From positions 1 through 54,203 of IMG/VR virus record IMGVR_UViG_3300020428_000014: DNA of 54,203 nt; one strand, written 5' to 3'. How positions within the stretch are numbered: the stretch's first letter is position 1; each line of letters begins with the position of its first letter. This document shows positions 46,254 to 54,203 of this stretch, piece after piece. A model generated the notes under the pieces. It had not been told where the DNA came from. It ran no database searches and saw only the letters and a list, made by a program, of their open reading frames with translations. The stretch is from a virus (Duplodnaviria; Caudoviricetes). A program made the position numbers and the translations under genes.

Positions 46254-46702
46254 CAGGCACCTCCACCACCAATAACGTTGGTGCCGTCGTCTCCTTCCGA
46301 GTCGACCCACTTATCTCCATCATAAGTTAAGAAATCGCCGCTTTCGGGATTTCTGATCGTTACATCCTGCAGATCACCAATGTTGTAGTTACGCGGTGTG
46401 ACCCCTGGGACCGTTTCATCGAACGGTAGACGTTGCAAGCCAATCTGTACAAACTTGCCGTCGTCTAGGCGCATTACCTCTCTCACTTGGTAGCCAATGC
46501 CGTCAACTACCATTCCGTCTCCATAAGTAAGCGTCCCAAAGTCAGACCACTTCGCTGTTAGGGCGTAGTCAGTCGTCACTACCGCGCCATCTGCGATTAT
46601 GTCTGCAGGCATATCGAGAAGCCCCTTCCCGCTTGTAGATCCAGCCGTGCAGGTGACTCCGAACTCTCCAAAAAATACGTCTAGCGGTTCAGCAAAAGCC
46701 AT
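46253..46702 (-). CDS. Head-tail joining protein (gpFII-like) with a C-terminal extension
   Basis: FF.EFGV...G.LDMP...GD...VDG..YQVRE....DDG motif; position after the capsid gene. Confidence 0.7.
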   Translation of the reverse strand: MAFAEPLDVFFGEFGVTCTAGSTSGKGLLDMPADIIADGAVVTTDYALTAKWSDFGTLTYGDGMVVDGIGYQVREVMRLDDGKFVQIGLQRLPFDETVPGVTPRNYNIGDLQDVTIRNPESGDFLTYDGDKWVDSEGDDGTNVIGGGGA

Positions 46703-46710
46703 TTCTCTAA

Positions 46711-46739
46711 TAGAAAGCGCCCCAGCTTTTGCCGGGGCA
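46711..46739 (-). terminator. Possible terminator hairpin after the head genes
   Basis: Minus strand GCCCCGGC-AAAA-GCTGGGGC followed by GCTTTCTATT. Confidence 0.45.
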
Positions 46740-46752
46740 TTGTTCTAGCTCG

Positions 46753-46977
46753 CTACTCCGCCTTAGGTGGAGCCTTCTTTCGCGCAGGAGGCTTTGGCGG
46801 CAGCTGAGGCGGGCATGAAGGGAAGTCTTCCTCCCCATCAATATCGAACTCGATGGCGAGTTCAGCCTTGCCCATGCCGAGGAGGAGATTGGCCTCCCCG
46901 GTGGCAAGATCCAGGACAGCGCCTGTGGAGACCTTTTGGCCCCCAACAAACACCTCCTTAATGAACTTGAGCTTCAT
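46753..46977 (-). CDS. Small head-associated protein
   Basis: G.V.DL...EA..L..MGKA motif with a K/P-rich tail, directly after the capsid gene. Confidence 0.65.
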   Translation of the reverse strand: MKLKFIKEVFVGGQKVSTGAVLDLATGEANLLLGMGKAELAIEFDIDGEEDFPSCPPQLPPKPPARKKAPPKAE

Positions 46978-46979
46978 AA

Positions 46980-48854
46980 TCAGACGCTCATGACGCAGAA
47001 CGCTTCGGGATATCGGACCGCAAAGTCCATGTCCTGGAGCGCAATGATTCGCGTGTTACCAGCAGTTGCACCCGTGTATGGATCCGTGGCGAGATCCAGG
47101 CCAGACCACATGCCAACCATGAGTTGGTCGATGGCGCCGAAAATTACGTCCGAGTTGCCCAACTGGTTGGATACGAGCGCTTCGTAGCCATTGATCCGAT
47201 TGTCGTCGTAGACGAACATGCCAGTATTTGTCGCTTTCTCGGTCGACTTCAACGCGCCCCTGGCATTTGCGTTGATGATGTACTTCATCGCGCCAACCTC
47301 TGCGTTTGCCGCTGCAACATTCGTTTCCGCAAGTATGTACTCGGCGAATGTCCCATACGTGCCCGCACCACCGGCAATCGTGACTGAGCCGACTCCAGTG
47401 GTGTTCTTAATGCCCTTGGGCTGGTTTGAGCTGCCAGTTCCATAGATCGCTGCACGATCAATTTCCAGGGCGATCACGCGAGCCAGATCGTTGCGGATCA
47501 TGTTCTCGACACCAATCGAGGATTGGAGCAGAAGACGCCGCGAGTAGTCGACAAATGCGCCAATGGTTTTTGGCGCCATATTGATCTGCTCGAAGGACTG
47601 CTGAGACTCCGTGGGGGAGCTGCCTTCGCCGACCCAGTAGGCCGTACTGGTCCCGACCATCTTGGGAATGGCAATCATCCCTTCCAGGCCCTGGAGCAGC
47701 GTTGCTCCACCTTGTCCCATGATCGCGCTCTTATTGCGCAGCTTATCAATAAAGGATCCGCTGTCCAGTTCTGTCTCAACCAAGAATCCACCGTCAGCGT
47801 TAGTACCAACAGTCAGATCACGATTAAGTACCTCGTTGGGTACAAGGAAACCAGACGGGGAACGCCCGTATCGCTTAGATGTCGCGTCACTGACTTCACG
47901 CTCAAAGGATGCAGCCTCTTGAGCGCTACGGTCAGATGGATTTGCTAGTGCGTTCAGTGCCCGCACAAATGAGTATTTGCGAACGTCCTCTTGGTGATTA
48001 AGGACGACTGGGGCTTGTTGAGCTGTGATGGGTTGCTCCACGACTTCGTTACGGGTTTCGAGTTTGGACATGATTGCCTCACGGGCTTCGTCAACGGAAC
48101 GACCTCCGTCAACAAGTTCACGGGTGAGGTCGGGCATGCCGAACTTCTCGCCCATTGCGGAGATAGAAGCGATACGGGAGCGTTCTGCCTCGACGGCTTC
48201 CGACCGAATCACCTCCAGATCAGGGGTGTTTTCCATTTCTACCGGTTCAGGTTGTTGATCAGGTGATGCGGCAGGTGCCGCTTCTTCAGCTACAAGTGAT
48301 CGGCCGAAACCAATCGTATTGTCACTCGGAATGACAGCAACAGTAAGTTCGTAGGGTGACCAATTAGTCGCTACGACGTTGTCGCCTCGCTCTTCCATGT
48401 TATTAATCATGTAGCCGACGCTAATTCCTCTTAGGATTCCATCTTTTACGTCGCGCCTTACTTCTTGAGCGAACGGATTAGAGGAAAAACGGACTTGTGC
48501 ATAGCCACGTTTCTTCTTGTCGTCTACCCATGCACGCTCCACTACGCCAATCGGTTTGTCTGGATCGTGATTGAACAGAAGAGGCGCCCCATCGTTCAGT
48601 CGAGAAAGGTCAACATCTTCTTGACGATGGCTAAGAACTTCGTTGCCAAAGTATCTCTTGACTGGCGTCTCCGAGCTAAAAGGGAATTCAAAAGAGTTTT
48701 CATCGACTGAGCGGAAGGCTGTGGTATCCATCCGCATGAGGACTTTACGCTCTTCCTCCTTCCGCTCTTCCAAATGTTCCTCAGCAGTGGAGACTTCAAC
48801 AGCTCCATCCTCAGCAGGTAGTTTTTCTGCATTAACCTCTTGTTCGGTAGACAT
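46980..48854 (-). CDS. Fused prohead protease / HK97-fold major capsid protein
   Basis: FSSETPV, PLLFNHD, ISVGY, WSPYE (protease); GGFLV.T, AYWVGEG, PKTIGA, DRAAIYGTG (capsid). Confidence 0.93.
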   Translation of the reverse strand: MSTEQEVNAEKLPAEDGAVEVSTAEEHLEERKEEERKVLMRMDTTAFRSVDENSFEFPFSSETPVKRYFGNEVLSHRQEDVDLSRLNDGAPLLFNHDPDKPIGVVERAWVDDKKKRGYAQVRFSSNPFAQEVRRDVKDGILRGISVGYMINNMEERGDNVVATNWSPYELTVAVIPSDNTIGFGRSLVAEEAAPAASPDQQPEPVEMENTPDLEVIRSEAVEAERSRIASISAMGEKFGMPDLTRELVDGGRSVDEAREAIMSKLETRNEVVEQPITAQQAPVVLNHQEDVRKYSFVRALNALANPSDRSAQEAASFEREVSDATSKRYGRSPSGFLVPNEVLNRDLTVGTNADGGFLVETELDSGSFIDKLRNKSAIMGQGGATLLQGLEGMIAIPKMVGTSTAYWVGEGSSPTESQQSFEQINMAPKTIGAFVDYSRRLLLQSSIGVENMIRNDLARVIALEIDRAAIYGTGSSNQPKGIKNTTGVGSVTIAGGAGTYGTFAEYILAETNVAAANAEVGAMKYIINANARGALKSTEKATNTGMFVYDDNRINGYEALVSNQLGNSDVIFGAIDQLMVGMWSGLDLATDPYTGATAGNTRIIALQDMDFAVRYPEAFCVMSV

Positions 48855-48889
48855 GGCGACTCACGATTGGCCTAGGCTAAATATAAGTA

Positions 48890-50392
48890 TTATTGTTCCT
48901 CTTGTTCTTCTGTTTCCTCTACTTCGCTCGCAAGATTCAACCCTAGTTCTTGGGCTAATTTCTTTTCCCGTGAAATCTGCTGGAAATTGTCCTCAAGGTC
49001 TGTTCCTATCTGTGAGCATATTTGTGCTTTTGTCATATATCCACGGTCCTCCATCAATGCATATGCATTGGCTTCCTTCAGTGGGTCTACCCATGCGTAC
49101 CCTCTACACATGAATACTGGCGTGTCATACCTTTCAGGCCGTATCTCGTAATCAGCTAGCTTTACTTCACCTCCTAGAACTGCCAGGTCTAACCATTCCC
49201 TGAATACGCGCATATGGAAATGCTCAATCATGTATTGCTGCATCTTCTTGTAATGGTCTCTGTCTTCAAGTAGGCTCAGCCGGGCGCTTGAATAATTAGT
49301 CTCCGAAAAATCCTTTGAGCAGCTCTGATAGCTGATGCCCATGCCAGCCGCAAACCTTCGTGTTTTTGCCCTGGTGAACATCTCGTACTGTTGATCGGGA
49401 CTGCCTAGATCTGGCACCGTTATCCCTTCTCCACTATTTAAATAATGGAACTTCCCAGGCTCGAATGATGTAATCCGCTGCTCTCCCTCTACATCGTCAT
49501 ATTCCGAGATCTCCCCGGCGTCGCTAGTTACGAAGCCCATAAGGCTTGCCGCAGAACGTGCACGAATCGTCGCCGCCTCGTCGTAACCACTTAACTGATG
49601 CAGGTCGGCCATTACCGAAGCAAACCAAGGTACCCCGCGGCTTTGCAATGGGCGTTCTATCGGGCCTGTGAGGTGAATAACATCTTCCGCAGGTACTAGC
49701 AGGTGTCTCTTCGTTGCATGTACCTTGTTCCCCGTTACCCACTGATCCCCAGGGTGACGGTTGAACATTGCATATCGAATTGGGCGCCCTTCCGGTGACG
49801 TTTCAATCCCCATACGCCATTCGTTTTCTACTCCAAGAACTTGCCCGCTATAGTTTTCATCGATTTGGTCACCTTCGATTGGCTCAAGGCTTAGCTTGAC
49901 TTTGCTTTTGCCAACTGCCTTTCGATGGATTCGGAAGAATATCTCCCCACTAGTGGGCACCGCTCCTGCGATTAGATATTCAAGATCGTGGAAGCTAAGT
50001 CGGCCGGAAACTTCGCAATTACCAAGTCGACACCAATGGTCCCATGACTTCTCGATCATTGTGTTGATCGTGTTCGCACGCTTGCTGCCGCGGGCGTTCA
50101 TTACTTGCGCTTGTAACCGCATCCCTGCGCCGACCACATTTAGTCGGATCACTCGGACCGCGTTCGCTGCGTGCGGGTTGTCCCGTACAAGCTGCCTGCT
50201 CCTGTCTCTTAGACGGCTAAGGCTGTTTTTGATTTCAGCGTCAGCTGATGTGGATTGACTGATCCAGTCGGCACTTAATCGATTGATTACAGCGCCCGCG
50301 TATGCACGACGCATTTTGCGTGGCTGTGCCTTTTTCTCCTCCTCAATCCTCTTGAGGCCAAGAGCAGTCAGAATTCGTGTTCGGAGTCCCAT
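48890..50392 (-). CDS. Portal protein, lambda family
   Basis: LRDRSRQLVRDN, RGVPW, NYSSARLSLLE and WVDPLKE motifs. Confidence 0.95.
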   Translation of the reverse strand: MGLRTRILTALGLKRIEEEKKAQPRKMRRAYAGAVINRLSADWISQSTSADAEIKNSLSRLRDRSRQLVRDNPHAANAVRVIRLNVVGAGMRLQAQVMNARGSKRANTINTMIEKSWDHWCRLGNCEVSGRLSFHDLEYLIAGAVPTSGEIFFRIHRKAVGKSKVKLSLEPIEGDQIDENYSGQVLGVENEWRMGIETSPEGRPIRYAMFNRHPGDQWVTGNKVHATKRHLLVPAEDVIHLTGPIERPLQSRGVPWFASVMADLHQLSGYDEAATIRARSAASLMGFVTSDAGEISEYDDVEGEQRITSFEPGKFHYLNSGEGITVPDLGSPDQQYEMFTRAKTRRFAAGMGISYQSCSKDFSETNYSSARLSLLEDRDHYKKMQQYMIEHFHMRVFREWLDLAVLGGEVKLADYEIRPERYDTPVFMCRGYAWVDPLKEANAYALMEDRGYMTKAQICSQIGTDLEDNFQQISREKKLAQELGLNLASEVEETEEQEEQ

Positions 50393-50979
50393 TACTTCCC
50401 AAATCGGATGAAGAGGTTGTGCGGATTGCCCAGCCCATTTCTAATTGTTTCTTGCTTCTTCTCTCTTACGATCTCTGCTTTTAGCTGTGCCTTTAATACA
50501 AGCAATTCGCCCATGTCATATCGCTTGAGCTGGCGGCCACCAATTCGGTACTCTTTGCTTGCTCCTCCTTGGGCAATTGCCCTAATGGCTGCCTCTACAT
50601 CTGCAAGGTCTCTTTCTGCTTGGCTCCGCCCGTCATATGCTGCGGCTGTTCCCGTGAAGTGTAGGTTTGGCAGAACTTTTGTCTGTCCCGATCCTAGCGT
50701 TATGGTCTCAGTTCCTTTTGTCGCAGTAGCCTGCCAATACCAGATCCCATCCGTCATTATTGCTGTCGTCCCGCTCGATATCGTCGTTTCCCAGTCAGTT
50801 CCATATTGACTGGCTGTAACCTCTACCCCGGATCCGGCGTTATTTGTTCGTATCGCGTATTTCAGCGTCCATGAGCTGCTGTCTATCGTGTTGCCTAGGC
50901 TGTCCTGCGTTGCGCTATCTCGAAATTTAATCGTATCGCCCTGCCTGATTTCACTCGGGATTTTCACAAGTTTCACCAA
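50392..50979 (-). CDS. Head-tail adaptor (gpW-like C-terminus, Ig-like N-terminus)
   Basis: DGRSQAERDL...EYRIGGRQLKRY; lies between TerL and portal. Confidence 0.75.
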   Translation of the reverse strand: MVKLVKIPSEIRQGDTIKFRDSATQDSLGNTIDSSSWTLKYAIRTNNAGSGVEVTASQYGTDWETTISSGTTAIMTDGIWYWQATATKGTETITLGSGQTKVLPNLHFTGTAAAYDGRSQAERDLADVEAAIRAIAQGGASKEYRIGGRQLKRYDMGELLVLKAQLKAEIVREKKQETIRNGLGNPHNLFIRFGK

Positions 50980-52886
50980 TTAGTGACAAAGCCCGGTTTC
51001 TGGGCTTTTCTTGATTTTACTTTCATCTCCGTACTCTTTTTCCCAAGTTTTTCCAGTCTGTGCGCCATTTGCTCCCAAAATGTCTTCTTATCGTACTTGC
51101 TAAGCATTAGCTCTAGTCCTGCTCTGCTGTACACCAAGCAATCCAACGCTTCGTTTCTTGCTCCCGGCTTCTTTACATATTCACGCACTACAAATCCCCT
51201 GACAAATCTGATTGCCTGCTTTTCAGCCGTTAACTCCTCAAAGTACTTTTCCCCTGTCTGGCCATGGAAATGCAGTGTTCCTGGCCCCTCCTCATTGTTT
51301 TTCAGGCGCCCAAATATCGTGTCTTTGAGTGTATCAGTACCAACAATATGCACGAGCCCTGCTCTTTTGAGGCGTTTATTCTTAAAAGCAATGTCTACTC
51401 GTGATGGCTTACCTATTGGCGGCTTACCTTTCTGTGACGACCCCTTCACTGCTATTACCCCAAGCCCTGCCCTTTCTCTCGCGAACTGGTACGTCTCATG
51501 GGTTGCCCAGCCGCCAGAGTCAATTGCTACAACATCTGCGCGTTGAGATGTGCCGTTCTGATGTTCCCACTCCTTCGTAATCAAAGCGTCTAGTTGGCGC
51601 CACACCTCTGGTCGCTGTGGGTCTCCCATTAGCTCCTGGTGGTCGATCAGCCAGCCTTCCTCTGGACCTTTGTCTGCAGGGTTCTGCTTGCCCCACGCCC
51701 ACGTCGACACCACAAGCCTGTCTCCTGTCGTTCCTCCTCCTCCTTGTACGTCTACCCCCATCGTCACAACTAAGGCTCCATTGGGTAGCTTTCCTGGCGT
51801 GTATGGCTCGCAACGCTTTAGCAGCCCTTCTGCATTGACTTTTGATGCGTAGTCGTCCGCGTATGTTTCCCCCAGTCTCGTGTTTACAAATACGCGCAGC
51901 AGTGTTTGATCTTCTCTGGACTTGATGAATTCATCAACCAAGTCTTCCCATGTAATCCAACCTGCCGGCGCATACAGCGTGCTCAGTTGAAAGCCAGCTG
52001 TTTTGCCATCCCCAGGAGCTGTCGCACGCCATTCGCCTGCTCTCAACATCTTTGTCTTATGCGAATCAGTAAACGTTTCTCCACACGCTTCACACTCATA
52101 TCGTGCTGTCTTTGGGTCGTCGCCATCCCAGCGCATCTGAGACCATTTCAAATATTGCATTGCCCCGCATTTTGGACACGGCAAGTAATATCTCCTTTGG
52201 TCGCTAAGAAGGAACTCCTTCTCAATTCGTGAAAAATCTTTTACCGTAGGTGTACTAGTCATCACTATCTTTCTCTTGCTCCCGAACGTACTTGTTCGCT
52301 TTTCTGCTAGTGACAGTGGATCACCTTCTGAATCTCCACTCCCAGCTCCTACAGCCAATGGGTAGGCGTCTAGTTCGTCTGCCAGAACAAACCGGCAGGG
52401 CATCGATCTGAGATTGCTCCCACTGTTCGCTCCGCAAAGTATGAATAGCCCATTAGGGTATTCCACGCTGAACATTGTCCGCGAAGAGTCTCTTGACCTC
52501 GCAGCAGGTACTTTCTCCCTCAACCTGGGTGTTTCTTCAAGCAATGGTGTAATGCGCTGCTTGCTGAAGCGTTTAGCAAGCTCCACCGTTGGTTGGATGA
52601 TCATGCATGGTCCGCCTGAAATATCGATCTGCCATCCCAGATGGTTCGCTATCAGTTCTGACTTCCCTAACTGTGCGCCACACATCAGTACAATCCTTTG
52701 AATCCGAGGGTCGGTAAGTACCCTCATTGGCTCGCGCAAATATGGCGTAGTGTCCGTTTTCCATTTACCTGGCAAGCTAGAGGCCTTCGCTGACAACATT
52801 CGATATTTATCTGCCCACTCATCTACGGTTAGGTCTTCGTCAGGCAATAACCCTGCATTGAATCCTTTCGTGTATACGTCAGTCAT
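50973..52886 (-). CDS. Terminase large subunit, GpA family
   Basis: TPYLREPM, AQLGKSE, LRSMP.RFVLADELD, STPT, CPKCG, GVDVQ and RNEALDC motifs. Confidence 0.96.
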   Translation of the reverse strand: MTDVYTKGFNAGLLPDEDLTVDEWADKYRMLSAKASSLPGKWKTDTTPYLREPMRVLTDPRIQRIVLMCGAQLGKSELIANHLGWQIDISGGPCMIIQPTVELAKRFSKQRITPLLEETPRLREKVPAARSRDSSRTMFSVEYPNGLFILCGANSGSNLRSMPCRFVLADELDAYPLAVGAGSGDSEGDPLSLAEKRTSTFGSKRKIVMTSTPTVKDFSRIEKEFLLSDQRRYYLPCPKCGAMQYLKWSQMRWDGDDPKTARYECEACGETFTDSHKTKMLRAGEWRATAPGDGKTAGFQLSTLYAPAGWITWEDLVDEFIKSREDQTLLRVFVNTRLGETYADDYASKVNAEGLLKRCEPYTPGKLPNGALVVTMGVDVQGGGGTTGDRLVVSTWAWGKQNPADKGPEEGWLIDHQELMGDPQRPEVWRQLDALITKEWEHQNGTSQRADVVAIDSGGWATHETYQFARERAGLGVIAVKGSSQKGKPPIGKPSRVDIAFKNKRLKRAGLVHIVGTDTLKDTIFGRLKNNEEGPGTLHFHGQTGEKYFEELTAEKQAIRFVRGFVVREYVKKPGARNEALDCLVYSRAGLELMLSKYDKKTFWEQMAHRLEKLGKKSTEMKVKSRKAQKPGFVTNW

Positions 52887-53391
52887 CTCTTGCCGCCAAT
52901 TCTTTAAGCACGTTCCTATGCTCCCTTTCCAATATCTCTCTGACAGTAATTGGATCAGCTTCTGCTGCTACCTCATGGCAGATCCGATCAGCCAATGTCA
53001 TTAGCGCGTCTCGAACGATACGGCCCATTCCATAGGCCTTCTTTTTGACCTCATCCGCTGGTACTAGTAACCCTTTTTGTTCCTCTACCTGGAGCTTTGC
53101 CAGCTCGGCAAGATAGTGCTCCCTTTTTGCCCTCGACTCATTTAGGTCCGGTATATGCTCAACATCTTCTTGGACTGGTAGTTCAATAACTTTCAAACTT
53201 CCAGAAATTTTTGAATTATGAGTAGGCCTTGTGTTTTTATCCCACAGTTCCAGCGCCATTTCTTTGTCTAGGAACTTCTTCCCGTCTTGCTCTACTACCG
53301 CCTTGCCAATCCGATCTGTTCGGATTGCGGCAGTCACCGCTCCTTTGGTGACTCCCTTAATCGTCGCAAATTGTGCAAAGGTAACTAGCAA
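52879..53391 (-). CDS. Terminase small subunit
   Basis: N-terminal HTH; ESRAKREHY.AELAKL...G.LV motif; directly upstream of TerL. Confidence 0.85.
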   Translation of the reverse strand: MLVTFAQFATIKGVTKGAVTAAIRTDRIGKAVVEQDGKKFLDKEMALELWDKNTRPTHNSKISGSLKVIELPVQEDVEHIPDLNESRAKREHYLAELAKLQVEEQKGLLVPADEVKKKAYGMGRIVRDALMTLADRICHEVAAEADPITVREILEREHRNVLKELAARDD

Positions 53392-53424
53392 CTTGTCCCT
53401 TCGCCTCAGGTAACACTACTCATA

Positions 53425-54030
53425 TCAACAGATCTGCAATTGGTTCCCCTGTATTGAACACAAACGCTTTATTCTTTTCCACCGCCTCTTATTAAAAAAG
53501 CTCTGCTCTCTATACCAATCCCATACGTTTCGATGTTGCTTTGAGCTATTGCATGCTTTGCAACTTGGGACAATATTACCCAATACATGTGGCCCCGCCT
53601 TGACTACAGGGTTTACATGATCAATAGTCAAGTGACTATCGGCTCCACAATATGCGCAGGCGTGCCCAAACGCCTTCCAGCGCTCTTCCAGCTCTGGCGG
53701 TGATGGCTTGTAGTGGTGATTCCCCTTTTGAGCACTCCGCCGCCTTTGGTTCTTCTGGCTGAGGGTGCCCACATGGAACTTTGGGTCGTTCTTTCGCGCC
53801 TCGTAATGCCGTCTGCTGTTCTCGTTTTTTCTTCGACGGTACTCGTCATACATCTCTGGATCGCGCTTCATCAGAATCATCTGATCGTCATAAGTCTGCC
53901 GTGCCCTTAAAAGTTCACATCGCACACACCTCCCTGTACTGACATACCTGAGGGATTGGTTCGCTTCGCCGAATTTATGCCCCTTGCTACATAGCTGGCC
54001 GAGGAAATAAGTCCTCTTGTCAAACTCCAC
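53425..54030 (-). CDS. HNH endonuclease with an N-terminal Cys/His cluster
   Basis: CSKGH...RY...CVRC; CAYCG...TIDHVNP...NIVPSCKACNSSK. Confidence 0.88.
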   Translation of the reverse strand: MEFDKRTYFLGQLCSKGHKFGEANQSLRYVSTGRCVRCELLRARQTYDDQMILMKRDPEMYDEYRRRKNENSRRHYEARKNDPKFHVGTLSQKNQRRRSAQKGNHHYKPSPPELEERWKAFGHACAYCGADSHLTIDHVNPVVKAGPHVLGNIVPSCKACNSSKQHRNVWDWYREQSFFNKRRWKRIKRLCSIQGNQLQIC

Positions 54031-54169
54031 TGGCCTTCCCCCCCCTACGTTGACTGTGCTCTATCCACTTAGTAGGATAAGCAGTTTGCCTTTCAAGGAT
54101 GAGACTGAGTAGATAGATTTATCGACTTTTAGGGTTAACTATAATGAGGAGTTTAATACTCTCAGCCCC

Positions 54170-54203
54170 TGCATCTAGAGAAAAAGCGTGGTGTGAAGTC
54201 CCC
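54170..54203 (-). other. Putative cos (packaging) end
   Basis: The minus-strand junction reads GCATCCTTTAGAAATCGGTGC|GGGGACTTCACACCACGCTTTTTCTCT, similar in layout to lambda cosQ-cosN, upstream of terS and a GpA terL. Confidence 0.5.

Larger units (their letters stand above)
1..54203. mobile_element. Temperate lambda-like siphovirus genome, probably a cyanophage and probably complete
   Basis: Packaging, head, tail, lysis, replication and lysogeny modules are all present. attP is intact and no host housekeeping flanks are seen. Confidence 0.92.

Noticed and set aside
20966-53910. Numerous plus-strand and nested ORFs across the structural module
   Set aside because: They are shadow ORFs of long, well-supported minus-strand genes and carry no motifs

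Overview
The window looks like an essentially complete ~54.2 kb genome of a temperate, lambda-like siphovirus. The host is most likely a picocyanobacterium (Synechococcus/Cyanobium type), inferred from cyanophage-type hypothetical proteins, NblA-like genes and a cyanobacterial-type tRNA-Lys attP. The sequence appears to be opened at a cos-like site. The right arm (minus strand, ~18.3-54.0 kb) is the virion and lysis module: HNH, TerS, GpA-type TerL, gpW-like adaptor, lambda portal, fused protease-capsid, a fibre/adhesin cluster at the head-tail junction, tail terminator, tube, G/GT chaperones with a -1 frameshift site, tape measure, M/L/K/I/J tail tip, an RCC1-repeat protein, two membrane proteins and a lysozyme-peptidase endolysin. 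The centre holds the lysogeny module (attP, tyrosine integrase, Xis, XRE-like regulator) and a rightward operon (ERF-like protein, putative SSB, beta clamp, sigma factor, dCTP deaminase, two tandem NblA-like genes). The left arm (minus strand) has an NrdR-like Zn-ribbon protein, primase-helicase, an iteron-like origin candidate, a PD-(D/E)XK nuclease, RusA, a second sigma factor and small ORFs, plus a lone plus-strand thyX. The best leads are the tandem NblA-like pair, a possible plug-and-socket chain of neck fibre proteins, a four-copy operator-like palindrome, and an NrdR-box-like site in front of an ATP-cone-less NrdR-like gene. All assignments come from reading motifs by eye; no database searches were run.
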